A DNA stretch of 64,000 nt, from the NCBI GenBank assembly GCA_951406725.2, contig OX597835.1:30256001-30320000 (forward strand). The letters are read 5' to 3'. This DNA comes from Octopus vulgaris (lineage: Eukaryota). Below the pieces are notes generated by a model. It worked only from the letters and a program-made list of their open reading frames with translations, was not told the origin of the DNA and searched no databases. The position numbers and the translations under genes are program-made. This document shows positions 43,260 to 56,695 of the stretch, one piece after another; position 1 is the stretch's first letter; every line of letters begins with the position of its first letter.

Positions 43260-43459
43260 AGTGGTTGTTTTAATGGCGGGACAAACAGGACATTAAAGAT
43301 TACAAAAATAGCGGTTCTCACATTGAAACTAACGATTTTGAAAATCTTTTTAAATTACAGAATCCATTTAAAAAATTTCAGCTCGATCGGATGAACAATG
43401 CTCGAGTTATAAGCGCACAAACAAACAGACAGACAGAACGGATTTTATATATTAAGATA
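43260..43459 (+). mobile_element. Possible Helentron/HINE (DINE-1-like) non-autonomous element 3' end
   Basis: AAATTTCAGCTCGATCGG...GAGTTATAAGC..(ACAA)(ACAG)n..TTTTATATATTAAGAT resembles HINE termini, judged from memory of the family architecture. Confidence 0.5.
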
Positions 43460-43473
43460 TGCATATGCTCACT

Positions 43474-43509
<36 letters not shown>

Positions 43510-43563
43510 GTATTTATATAGATATCTCTTTCCCCTCTCTATCCTTCTCTATCCATCTCTCCC

Positions 43564-43616
<53 letters not shown>

Positions 43617-43713
43617 GTATGTATGCATGTTTGTCTGTATGTACATTTTAATGTATGTATATATGTACGGACGTATGTATGTATGTATATATGTATATAT
43701 GTATGTATATATG

Positions 43714-43749
<36 letters not shown>

Positions 43750-44014
43750 TGTATGTATGTATGAGTATCCATTTTTCTATGGTCATTTTTTTATACATTC
43801 ACTTCCTCGTGATGTGTGTGTGTCTGTAAGTATGTATCTATTGAACTTAGTAGTGGTTTTTGGGTGATGTGTTGCAGCCTAGAAATAGTGGTAAGACAAA
43901 TGATTGCGTCAAAGACTTTTCAGTTTTCGATTCTTGAAAAACTTTTAAAACTGTGACTCTTTTGATATTCTGTGATATTCTGAAAATTGCAATCTCCCGC
44001 ACACATTATTATTA

Positions 44015-44092
<78 letters not shown>

Positions 44093-44221
44093 TTTTTTAT
44101 TATTATTTTTATTATTATTATTATTTTCTTGTTGTTGTTGTTGTTGGTACCATTATTATTGTTTTTTAAATTCTTTTATTCTTTTACTTGTGTCAGTTAT
44201 TTTACTGCGGTTATGCTGTTG

Positions 44222-44255
<34 letters not shown>

Positions 44256-44542
44256 GATGATCATCATCATCATCATCGTCATCATCAATATCAACTTCGT
44301 CGTCGTCGTCGGCATCTCAATAATTTATTTATTTTTGTTTACGCTTGCTGTCGAACTGCGCCGTTCCATTAAATATATGCCAAATGTCAACAGGAAAAAA
44401 AAAATTATTCCACGATTGTCCCTCAATGCTGTATTCATCTGTGACACTTGGTACCATATTGGCGAAAAAAAAATTGACAGCTTTTACTTATAGCCGTCAT
44501 AGTCGTTGGCTTACTTGCTGGTACTGCATATATGTGTGTGTA

Positions 44543-44599
<57 letters not shown>

Positions 44600-44935
44600 A
44601 CACATATGTATGTATTTATGTTAATATATAGACATATGTATATATGTGTATATATATATATATGTATGTATGTGTGTGTTGTGTGCATATGTGTGTGTTG
44701 TGTACATATGTGTGTGTTGTGTACATATGTGTGTATATGTGTGTGTCTGTGTGTGTAGTTTATATATGTAATGTTCGTTTCCTTTATTTATTGAGTCAAG
44801 TTATGCTGTCTTGAAATTCAAATTCCGCCGTTGATGTTTTTGTTGTTACAGCTGATTGTGAATGGTGATGACGTCATTAGTTTTCTTGTTTCTTTTTACG
44901 AATATTCTAAGAAGTATCAGTCACTCACACACACT

Positions 44936-44992
<57 letters not shown>

Positions 44993-45322
44993 GTCACATA
45001 TATGAAATTTGAAAATGTCTATCCGCTTGTATCACACACACTTCCATCTCTGTAAATATATATCCTTGTATATCTGTGTGTATATATAATATATATGTAT
45101 ATATGCTATATACATATGTGTATGTGCATGTTAATAAAAGCATCTGTGTTTGTTTGAGTGTGCATGTGCACGTGTGCCTGTATGTATATGCTTATGCGCA
45201 AAGTTACAATATTTGAGAAATTTCAACTTTGATGCAATGTAACCGAAAACACATAAGCACGTATTTCAAAATAGACATACACTTACACACTCATACATAC
45301 TCACTGATATATATATATATAT

Positions 45323-45374
45323 TTAATTTTATTTAGTTTCAGCTCACAAGCTGTGGCCATGCTGGGGCACCGCC

Positions 45375-45375
<1 letters not shown>
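45323..45375 (-). mobile_element. ~50 bp LINE/SINE 3'-tail-only insertion in (TA)n
   Basis: Reverse complement of the 35793 element with the same 5' boundary. Confidence 0.8.
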
Positions 45376-45420
<45 letters not shown>

Positions 45421-45555
45421 GCATATTCAAACATATACATGAAAAATAATGAAGTAGACTACAAACTTGACTAGAGAGCCGACTGAGCCACAAGATATTC
45501 TCCCATGTGTAAATATGCATACATATATAAATACACACACACACACACATATATA

Positions 45556-45610
<55 letters not shown>

Positions 45611-45724
45611 ATATTTCGGAATGGTCATATTGCCAGTTTAGCCAATAAAAACACACGCACTATATATTTGGTGTTATTTTGCTTCAGTGATATTTATTTT
45701 TTACATTAATCTTAATCTTATTTC

Positions 45725-45769
45725 GGCCAAAGTTCTTTCGTCACACTCCTGTGACCGCATCAGTGGTCC
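45725..45769 (-). ncRNA. Variant hammerhead-like motif in Penelope 3' UTR (left arm)
   Basis: Reverse complement of 47729-47773; sense-oriented relative to the GIY-YIG ORF. Confidence 0.45.
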
Positions 45770-46091
45770 TTTGTTTTCTTCTCACTTATTTGTGTCTCTC
45801 CTTACTAACCGTCAGCCATTTTGTATTTCTATTGTATGTCTTCATTTGCGCATGCTTATATCTCTATGTGCGTCTATGTTTATTTAGTGTGTGTGGGGGG
45901 GATGCCTGTAATATTTGTATCTTCTGTTTATATACATTCTTGTAATTTGTATTTTGTTTTTGTTGTTGTTGCTTTTGTTCTAATTTTGTTCATGTGTTTA
46001 CATCCACCCATTATTATCATTACATATTCTTGTATGTATGTATAACAACAATATCAGTAATAATAATAATAAATCTAATCGAAAAAAAAAT

Positions 46092-46156
<65 letters not shown>

Positions 46157-46269
46157 CCGGAACCAAGACATTTGAAATTTTATTCCCGATGTAATCAGTA
46201 AGACTAAGCACGTGTCTGTCTTGACACAGAGAGCTGGGGTTAGTCTTGCGGTTTGCATCTCGAGGACCG

Positions 46270-46345
46270 AATGTGCTGATGAAGTCACGGACACTTGAAT
46301 TATGCGAGCAATTCTTTTGTTAAGACCGAAACCGAGGTATGCATT
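46270..46345 (+). ncRNA. Type-I hammerhead ribozyme motif within a ~460 bp nested insertion (46155-46612)
   Basis: aatgtg-CTGATGA-aGTC [37 nt] GACc-GAAAC cgag GTA-tgcatt. Stem I is 6 bp (two G-U pairs), the core is intact, stem III is short and the cleavage triplet is GUA. Confidence 0.7.
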
Positions 46346-46608
46346 TAAGTCTGTTATTTATATAATTTTTCATGTCCTGCCCGCCAAACTTGGTTCTGGT
46401 GTTCGCTGAATTCATCCTCTAGAGAATTTCCCTTGTAGTTTGATCGTTGATGATCTTTTTCTAGCATTCTGGCCGGCTAGCTAGCAGGCCAGCCCTGCCA
46501 ATATACACATATATTTGAATTTTCTCTGACTCCTCAGATTTTTTGAATGCTGGACTACTGGTTTTAAATTGATATTAAAATTAATATTAATTTATCTCCC
46601 TCAATTTT

Positions 46609-46656
<48 letters not shown>

Positions 46657-46667
46657 TACACACATAT

Positions 46668-46698
<31 letters not shown>

Positions 46699-46798
46699 TA
46701 CACACATACATACATAGATATATATACATATATATAGTTATTCATTTCTATTTCTTTAATTATCTGTGTATTTATTATGTTTGCAGGATCCACTATCG

Positions 46799-47119
46799 TC
46801 ATATGTTGTGGTGTGTGATATTGCTCCATTCTAGTTTTCTATTCAGGCTAGGTTTATTTTCTATTATATGTGTAGCTTCTGTAATTTGTCTAATTGTTGC
46901 ATCTGTTCTATGTGTGGACAATATCTTAATCTCTATGTTATTGATTGATCCCCCGTGTTGCTGTTCGGCGTGTTGGTACAGAATCGATGAGCTCTTACCT
47001 TCCTTGAGTTGTCTCCAATGTTCATTCACCCGCTCTCCAATGCTTCTTGCTGTTTCCCCTACGTATGTTACTGTCTTGTTACTGCATCGTCCCTCTGTAC
47101 ATCTTATACTATAGACCAC
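46799..47119 (-). pseudogene. Penelope GIY-YIG endonuclease domain (C-terminal fragment, frame open)
   Basis: VVYSIRC..C...[17 protein letters not shown]...ILYQH...[15 protein letters not shown] contains the GIY/YIG, R..EH, E and N motifs of Penelope endonucleases. No RT domain lies upstream. Confidence 0.9.
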
Positions 47120-47371
47120 ATTTCTGGCTTTACATTAATTAGTCAAATTACAGAAGCTACACATATAATAGAAAATAAACCTAGCCTGAATAGAAAACTA
47201 GAATGGAGCAATAGCACACACCACAACATATGACGATAGTGGATCCTGCAAACATAATAAATACACAGATAATTAAAGAAATAGAAATGAATAACTATAT
47301 ATATGTATATATATTTATGTATGTATGTGTGTATATATATATATATATGTATATTTGTATATATGTGTGTA

Positions 47372-47402
<31 letters not shown>

Positions 47403-47728
47403 TCTTTTTTTTTTCGATTAGATTTATTATTATTATTACTGATATTGTTGTTATACATACATACAAGCATATGTAATGATAATAATGGGTGGATGTAAAC
47501 ACATGAACAAAATTAGAACAAAAGCAACAACAACAAAAACAAAATACAAATTACAAGAATGTATATAAACAGAAGATACAAATATTACAGGCATCCCCCC
47601 CACACACACACTAAATAAACATAGACGCACATAGAGATATAAGCATGCGCAAATGAAGACATACAATAGAAATACAAAATGGCTGACGGTTAGTAAGGAG
47701 AGACACAAATAAGTGAGAAGAAAACAAA

Positions 47729-47773
47729 GGACCACTGATGCGGTCACAGGAGTGTGACGAAAGAACTTTGGCC
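47729..47773 (+). ncRNA. Variant hammerhead-like motif in Penelope pLTR (right arm)
   Basis: ggacca-CTGATGCg-GTCAC aggagt GTGAC-GAAAG aa CTT-tggcc. Stem II is perfect, but A9 is replaced by C and the cleavage triplet is non-canonical. Confidence 0.45.
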
Positions 47774-48437
47774 GAAATAAGATTAAGATTAATGTAAAAA
47801 ATAAATATCACTGAAGCAAAATAACACCAAATATATAGTGCGTGTGTTTTTATTGGCTAAACTGGCAATATGACCATTCCGAAATATAACAATATCTGTT
47901 TCAACACACGACTTCACATAAAAAATCTTGCACAACAAATATTTAAACGTATATATATATATATATATATATAAAGGGGAATTTTCCTTGTTTCGTATGT
48001 CCTGTACTCTATTTTTTCGTTGTTTAAAAAATGTCCATTTCCTTGGTTTTGTGTTTAAGTTTTCGTTTCTCATCGTGTTCGACGTTTTTTTTGGTGTCCT
48101 GTACCCATATATGCATATATATATACATGTAGAGGTAGGCACGTACATATATGTATGTATATATGCATATGTTTTATTTATTTATTAATTTATTATATAC
48201 ATATATATATATGTATGTATATATACATACAAACATACATACATACATACATTCATACATACATACATACATACATACATACATACAAAGAATATTATCA
48301 CATTCATGCGTACAATGTGTTCAGAAATTGTTACATAGATATAAAAATATACATATATCTATAACATAAGTATATATACTTACACATTTACATTCACACA
48401 CACACACCTATATATATCACGTTATTACATCTGATAC

Positions 48438-48478
<41 letters not shown>

Positions 48479-48659
48479 CGTGTGTGTCTGTGTGTTCATA
48501 TTTTCTCTCATCATGTTTATTATTTTAGATTAATGTCACTGCATGTAGTATTAATAATAATAATCCCATTAAATCCCGATATCACCGCTTCCTTGATATA
48601 TCCAGAGTCAATTTCCTCTCTTTCTTGACCTACAGTGAATCGCTATATGGTAATCTTAT

Positions 48660-49240
48660 CCACTATAGGCACAAGGTAAGAAATTTGAGAGAAGTGTGAC
48701 ACCATTGCACAACTTATTTTATCGACCCCTAAAGGATGAAATGTAAAGTCGACCACGGTGGCATTTGAACTCGCAATGTGGTGGCTGCCCCCTCGTTATC
48801 GAGTATGACCATTACGCAAAGCTTAATCAATGTTGTTATCGTGCAATGCCTGTGCTAGAAGATTTTTTTAAAGTGAGGAAAGGCTGTGCACTGAGTCAAT
48901 TCCAGCCATAATCCGAAAAGAAGAACAAGTCAACATCATTGGTAACCACTGAGCCGCAGGTTATAAGTCGGAGTTATCCCAGTTGCCTGAGTTACCTTCT
49001 CCTAGGAGGATGCCCTAACAAAGGCTAGGAGTTCTTCACTCCCAATGGTTTAACCGCGCGATCGGGTATTCAGTCTGATTATTTGTATGTCCCCGCGCAT
49101 GATACAGCCTTAAGATATTTATTGGATGGCCGTTGACTCTCAAGAGTTCCTCCGCCCTTTGAACTCACAATGTAAACACAGACGAAATGCTGCAATGCCT
49201 GATGCCCAGTGTCTCGACTATTCTGCTAGTTCGCCGTCTT
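48660..49240 (-). mobile_element. SINE family C copy interrupted by an insertion
   Basis: The family C body runs to TTTGAACTCGCAATGT (48779) and resumes at TTTGAACTCACAATGTAAACACAGACGAAAT (49158). Confidence 0.8.
48780..49157 (-). mobile_element. ~380 bp non-autonomous RTE-like retroposon with 16 bp TSD
   Basis: TSD TTTGAACTC(G/A)CAATGT at 48764-48779 and 49158-49173. The minus strand contains GGGCATCCTCCTAGGAGAAGGTAACTC, resembling the RTE 5'-UTR motif. There is no ORF. Confidence 0.65.
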
Positions 49241-49412
49241 TATGTTCCTTATTGAATTAGTGACATTCATATCTTAGAGTGTTCCTTAGTTCTAAAAGTT
49301 CTTGGGTAAGTCGTCCGGCAATGGATGGATTATATTTAACAATGTCGAATGTGACTGATATTAGATTGAATGTTAATACACCCCTTCGATTGTGCTAGCA
49401 TTGCTGTATGTG

Positions 49413-49635
49413 TACGAGGCGGTGCTGAAAAAGTTTCTGGGTTTGGGTAAAAGAAAATACAGGGGGATCAGGTAATTATGATCATTTTTCAGCATATGCA
49501 CTTCTCAGATTCACACACTTATTGAAGCGGTCCTTCAATTTTTCTAATCTATGTTAAAGAACTCGGAATCCTGGGTCTCCAGTAAAGCCTTTCTCGACAT
49601 TCTTAAGGCCAGGAACTTTTCACCACCAACTCGTT
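49413..49635. mobile_element. Mariner-derived MITE (~225 bp)
   Basis: TIRs TA-CGAGGCGGTGCTGAAAAAGTTTCTGG ... CCAGGAACTTTTCACCACCAACTCG. Confidence 0.8.
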
Positions 49636-49682
49636 GGGAAAAGTGCGGCATAAATTCACACACATTTATATGTGTGTGTGTG

Positions 49683-50008
<326 letters not shown>

Positions 50009-50028
50009 TATATATATACATGTATATA

Positions 50029-50254
50029 TACAAGAGTGGGTGCCGAAAAGTTCCTGGGTTTGGCTAAAAAGAAACTACATGAGCGTCAATTACTTATGAT
50101 TTCATTCAATATATTCCCCTCTCGGATTCCCTGGCTGATTTCAGCGGTCTTTCAGTTTTTTCTAAACCCTGTATAAAGAACTCAGAAAGTTGCACCTCCA
50201 GCCAGGACTTTCGCGATTCCCTTAAAGCTAGGAGCTTTTCAATACAGCCTCGTA
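50029..50254. mobile_element. Mariner-derived MITE (~225 bp)
   Basis: TA-CAAGAGTGGGTGCCGAAAAGTTCCTGG ... CTAGGAGCTTTTCAATACAGCCTCG-TA; same family as 49413. Confidence 0.8.
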
Positions 50255-50338
50255 TATGTATGTATGTGAAGACATTTAGTCAGACTGCCACTAGAGTCCC
50301 GGGCTGTAGATGAAGAAGTAGTAGACAATGAAAGAAGG

Positions 50339-50403
<65 letters not shown>

Positions 50404-50443
50404 AAGTAGTACCTGTGGTAGTAGCAATAATAGTAGCAGCAGC

Positions 50444-50513
<70 letters not shown>

Positions 50514-50617
50514 TGTAGTAGTAGTAATAGTTGACAACAAAGAAGAAGGTAAAGGAATGATAACAACTGGAATAAGAAACCAGAACTAGAAAATAGAAAG
50601 AAAGAAAGAAAGAAGGC

Positions 50618-50657
<40 letters not shown>

Positions 50658-51116
50658 AAAGGAGAGAAAACAAGAAGAAAAATAAATAAGATAACCAAAG
50701 GACCAAAAAGTAGAAATATAAAAAAAAATAAAGGAGACAAGAATTATTAGTAGAAGATTAACAAACATGCATAAGAAGAATAACAACTATAAAATAACTA
50801 CTACCACAACAACAACAACAGAAGCATAGAGAGGAACAAGAAGAACAACATCATTAGAAGCATGAAAAAATATATATAACAAGAAAATGAGATGAAAGAG
50901 ATTCGGAATGAGCAACGAATGAAATCAAATGTATAAGATTAATTTATAAGGGGAGTTAATTCGTGAGAAAATGTTGTTTTTTTATTATTTCATCATTCAA
51001 TATTTCATTATGAACTGCTTACGTGTGTTTAGACAAATACCATTCCGCTATCTCTCTCTCTCACTCACTCACTCACTGTCTTTCTTTCTCTTTCTGTCTC
51101 TATCTCTATCTCTCTG

Positions 51117-51147
<31 letters not shown>

Positions 51148-51199
51148 AACACACCCTCTAGATCTCCCTGACTTGTCCGCCTGTCGCTCCCGTTGTGTT

Positions 51200-51249
<50 letters not shown>

Positions 51250-51475
51250 TAGATAGATAGATAGATAGACAGAAAGATAGATATGTAAATTTTGTATATA
51301 TGTATGTGTATATATATATTCATATATGTTCATATATATATATATATATATACATTTATCTTCATAAATGTGCGTATATGTACATGAACGTTTCTGCCAG
51401 TGTGACTCCACGAAAGTGAAACAATGGCAATAATGACATAAATTCGAAAATTGAAATTGCAGCAATAATAATGAA

Positions 51476-51550
<75 letters not shown>

Positions 51551-52305
51551 CATAATAATCATAATGAGGAAGAGGAGGAGGAGGAGAAGAAGAAGAAGAA
51601 GAAGAAGAAGAAGAAGAAGAAGAAGAAGAAGAAGAAGAAGAAGAAGAAGAAGAAGAAGAAGAAGAAGAAGAAGAAGAACAACAACAACAACAAGAACAAG
51701 AACAAGAAGAACAAGAACAAGATGAAGAACAAGAAGAACAAGAACAAGAACAAGAACAAGAAGAAGAAGACGAAGAAGAAGGACAGATTTACAATTTCAA
51801 GCAAAATAAAAACAAACGATAGTGAAGTCAACATTTCTCTCGCTAAATACATTTCGAAGTGGCAATTCGCTAAATACACTTGATAGTGGCAACGAATCGG
51901 ATCTGGTTATTGCAAAGTAGCTTTATGAGTATCAATGTAATGTCTTCCTTTGTTTCGCCTATCTTGACTTGTCTTTCATAGCGTGTCTTTTGATTCCAAG
52001 CAAGCAGCAAAAAAATCAAATAAAATAAAATGCAACAAACAACACTAAGAAAAAAAAATAAAATGATGAAAATAAATTATTTAAAAGCATAGCAAAATAA
52101 CTACTGAAAACCACAGTATGGTAAAAAAAAAAAGAAGGAAAGAAAGAAAGGAAGGAAACTGAAAAGGAAGAGATCCTTTGAAAGAAAAAGCAGTTTCAAA
52201 AATACCCGAAACACGACAGTATCCAGCCCGTGCCATCTACTGCATTCCCCGCCGTAATGCACTGTACTTCTCGGTCAAATATATGTATGTATGTATATAT
52301 ATATG

Positions 52306-52423
<118 letters not shown>

Positions 52424-52572
52424 TATACATATGTATATATATATAACACATATACATATATACGTACACATACACACACATACATATACATATATATGTG
52501 CGTATATATATATATCAACATTTATATATAGAGAGAGATACATACATATATATATATAAATGTGTGTATATT

Positions 52573-52644
<72 letters not shown>

Positions 52645-52692
52645 AGTGTGTGTGTGTGTATACGTGTTGTGTACGAGTGCAATGCGTGTGTG

Positions 52693-52975
52693 TACGATCC
52701 GAACCAAAAACTACAGGGCATTCCAATTATTGGAAAGTTCTTCTGATAACAAGTAATAGGCTTACACGCTTACACGGGCGAGATCCATTAAAAATATTTG
52801 CACAGTCCACAGATTTTGAAAAGCATACGGTGGAAGGGGCGAGCGGGCGGGCGGGCAGAAATGAAATAACGGTTTCACAAGAGACGTTCGAACACGTTGT
52901 AAAACTTGAAGATAGAACGCGGAAGTGACAATCATACCATTACTTACAGCTCGTAAGTTTACGAACGAGGAGAAG
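52693..52975 (-). mobile_element. Highly decayed mariner remnant
   Basis: Minus-strand VSNGMIVTSAFYLQVLQRVR resembles the mariner catalytic-domain motif VP.G.TV...FY.EVL.RL; a TACG..CCGAACCAAAAACTAC TIR-like end is present. Confidence 0.45.
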
Positions 52976-53176
52976 ATTGACAACTCCTTTGCAACAATAC
53001 TAAATGATAAATTGAAAATACGAAGCATTACTTTTCAGAAAGAGAACTATTAATACATTGAAGATTTTTATTTCTGAACTTAAGAAGACGTTTCTTATTA
53101 TTACGAATTCTTCTCTTTGTCGTTCTTTTCACCCTATTTAGATTTCCCCTTCTTGCTCTGTATGTTGGCCTCTCTG

Positions 53177-53214
<38 letters not shown>

Positions 53215-54092
53215 ACCCTGTCTCTCTCTCATTCTTTTCTGCATTTTCCTTCTTTAACTTCTACATTCAGGCTCAGTGATTATCTTCGCCAATCATAATT
53301 GTGTGTCCGTTCATACATATACGTATATATTTACACACACAAACATTGACACACACAAAAATATATAAGAATATACATATATAATTACATACACACATAT
53401 GGGTAAATCTGGGTATTTATGAGGGTATATACATATATATATATATATATATATCCAAATATATTCACATGTATATCATATATATTGTAGAACGACGCAT
53501 ATGAACTTTCCCAATGCATATTCATATATAAATATGATTGCGTGTATATATATATACACACACACACCTAGACACATGTATATGCACATTCATTTACATG
53601 TATCTACATACACACACACATGCACACACTCGCACACACACACACATACGCACACACACATATATATATATATTATACGCAAATATATATATAAAAACAT
53701 TTATGTATGTAGGTGTGTGTATGTCCATCATGTCCGTTGCGCAGTGTAATAATATGCTGACATTGTTATCTTAAAAGTTGCCTGTGAGAAAAAGGAACGA
53801 TGTGTTTTAATATGTTTATAAAGCCAAGATCAGCCATATTGTTGAGCTTTAAATGTCTTTATAAAGTATCGCAGAAATTGAGAACGAGATGGGAGGAGGG
53901 GATACTAACGATGTCTAATATGAAGCCATGCATACGTACACATATACACACACAAATGCATACATACATATATACATATATAGATATATACATAGATACA
54001 TACATACATGAATATAAATATATAAATCTATACCTTGATATATACATATATATGTATAATTATATCTACCTACCTACCTGCACACTTACATG

Positions 54093-54123
<31 letters not shown>

Positions 54124-54126
54124 ATA

Positions 54127-54186
<60 letters not shown>

Positions 54187-54208
54187 CATACATACATATA
54201 TATATATG

Positions 54209-54274
<66 letters not shown>

Positions 54275-54418
54275 AAGCACTCATACACATGTAGACTAAA
54301 CGAATGGCTATCTGCCAGTTTAGAAGAGCATGGCCTCTTGGTTATTATATAATAAGGTATCAGTCTATGTCCATGTGATACAAAACATGTGCGCGCACCC
54401 ACTCCACACGTATAAATG

Positions 54419-54486
<68 letters not shown>

Positions 54487-54584
54487 TATAAATATATATA
54501 AATATATATAAGCGCAGGAGTGGCTGTGTGGTAAGTAGCTTGCTTACCACCTACATATGTCCGGGTTTAGTATATACATTCATA

Positions 54585-54672
54585 TAAGAGGATGTGTACA
54601 AGGAGTTCATCAGGAAAAAGAGAGTGTTTTTGACGTTTTGAGCATAATTCTTCGTCGGAAAGGAAAAAGGGC
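54585..54672 (-). mobile_element. Decayed hammerhead-like element copy (motif 54628-54663)
   Basis: Minus strand ttt-CCGACGA-aGAAT tat GCTC-AAAAC GTC-aaa. Confidence 0.5.
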
Positions 54673-56199
54673 GTAGTTACATTGACGATGTAGGTTATCA
54701 CGCTTTAATAGTAGATCACAACATTTATTTCTGCATCTAACACCAACTGTATGTCGCTGAGTGTAGTTTATTATATTCATATACCATTATATTAGATTGT
54801 TCTTTATAAGTACTATATAGTTGAATATGTTTCATCAACGACAGTGGTTCATAGGGTGGAATACGATTAATTCTTGTTGGATTTATCTGAAATATTATAA
54901 TCTTGTATTAAAGTCTCACATCCTTCGTCTTTATGTTATATTATTCTTGTATTAATCTAATGCAAAGGGGAGTTCCAGATGTGCATCCGGCTCTGGAACA
55001 TTCCCCACTGTAGGATAACATGTGTTAACCAAATAAGGATCTAAGACCTCTTAAAGGCACGTTACGAGCTCTCTTACCTGAAATATACCGTAATATCATG
55101 GTTTTAGTCTATTTGGGTGTTTAAGTAGGGGAGCCGGTTCCGTCGCTGAATATAGAACAGGTAGTATTGGTTTATGTTACCTGTAGCAAGTTCTCATCAG
55201 CCTGTGATGAGTGCCCTGACCTCACAGTATACTCTACCGTCGTTAGACTATCTAACACCAGGCAAATCCCCACCGGATAACATCATTCCATTATACTCTG
55301 CATCTCAATTAACCATAACCTACACTGCTCCATACCACTCTACACTACATTTTATACAATACTTTATACTACATAACATTTTATACTACACAAATGTTCT
55401 CTGTACCATGCCGCGGCCCATCAAACTACTGTACAGTGAAGCACACTACACACTGCCCTTTCCCTATGCGCCTTTCAGCACTACACTAATAGTCACCCGC
55501 GTCTCTGATTTTTAAAACGTAAATAATTGCTGCGGTTGACGCTGTGAGGCAGAAAAAAAATGGCGTTTTGCTTTGGTGGTAGGACGCAATTTTTTCGATG
55601 TCTGCGAAAGTTTTGGAATATATCACTTGGATATTATTATGTTTAGGCAACAGAGCAAGCAAAATGATAAAGGAGAGAGAGAGAGAGTGAGAGAGAGAGA
55701 GAGAGAAAGAGAGAGAAAGAGAGGCTGTACGAAAAGAAAACACGAAAATTCTAAAACAAAAACAAAAGTTACATAGGAGGGCAGGGCGAGTGTTCAAAGA
55801 TTATGTTCTCTTTATTAGCTAGCAGAACAGATAAAGCTAGCAAAAAGCAACACCTACCAAATCATCGCTTTGTTTTTACGAGAAAACAACAGCGCCGTTA
55901 TGATGGCAACAAAATGGCGAATTTCTCGTTGTGAAGCATCGAATGGGGAAGGGAGGTAAAGAAAGAGAAATATTCGCACCGCTATACATATGCGTAACGA
56001 GCATTTCTTTTTTTATTTTTCATTTTATTAATATTATTATTTTTTTTTTTGTAGGAGATATTACTTAGGTTTGATTTTTATTGTTCTTATTTTCCGTTTT
56101 TTTTGTTATATTTTTAGTATTTTTCTTTTTTTTTATTCGTTGGAACTGTTTGATACTAAGAAGCTTCTTTTTTTCTTGTTTGTTTTCAAAAATTTATTA

Positions 56200-56267
<68 letters not shown>

Positions 56268-56616
56268 GTTATTGGCAATATAATGTTGTAAGACATATAC
56301 AATGCTCTAATGCATATCCGTGAAACATGTACGCATGCAAGCATGGAAAATGACGCACGCAGATACGCACAGACGTTAATACGCAGGCACACACACAAAC
56401 ACACTCACACACACACTTGTGTGTGTGTGTATATGAATTATGAATACTTAACTATATATGTGCGCGTGTGTGTGTGTGAGTGGAGCAGTGTATCTATCTA
56501 GCTAGCTACCCATCTATCTATCTATCTTTCTATCTATCTATCTATCTATTTATCTATCTATCTATATATATATATATATATATACATGCATACACACATA
56601 TATACACACACACGCA

Positions 56617-56695
<79 letters not shown>

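Larger units (their letters stand above)
45603..47895 (-). mobile_element. Penelope-like element: 5'-truncated copy with inverted pseudo-LTR
   Basis: 45603-46090 is the reverse complement of ~47405-47895, and ~46735-46895 is the reverse complement of ~47137-47300, both near-identical. The spacer encodes a GIY-YIG domain. Confidence 0.9.

Noticed and set aside
51835-51892. ~26 bp direct repeat TCGCTAAATACA.TT...AGTGGCAA x2
   Set aside because: Only two adjacent copies; ordinary local duplication.
54965-55006. Hairpin GGGGAGTTCCAGA...TCTGGAACATTCCCC (terminator- or Helitron-like)
   Set aside because: Single imperfect stem with no supporting termini or U-tract; no function assignable.
55185-55225. 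CTGATGA on the minus strand and GTGATGA on the plus strand
   Set aside because: No properly spaced stem II plus GAAA, and no closing stem I.
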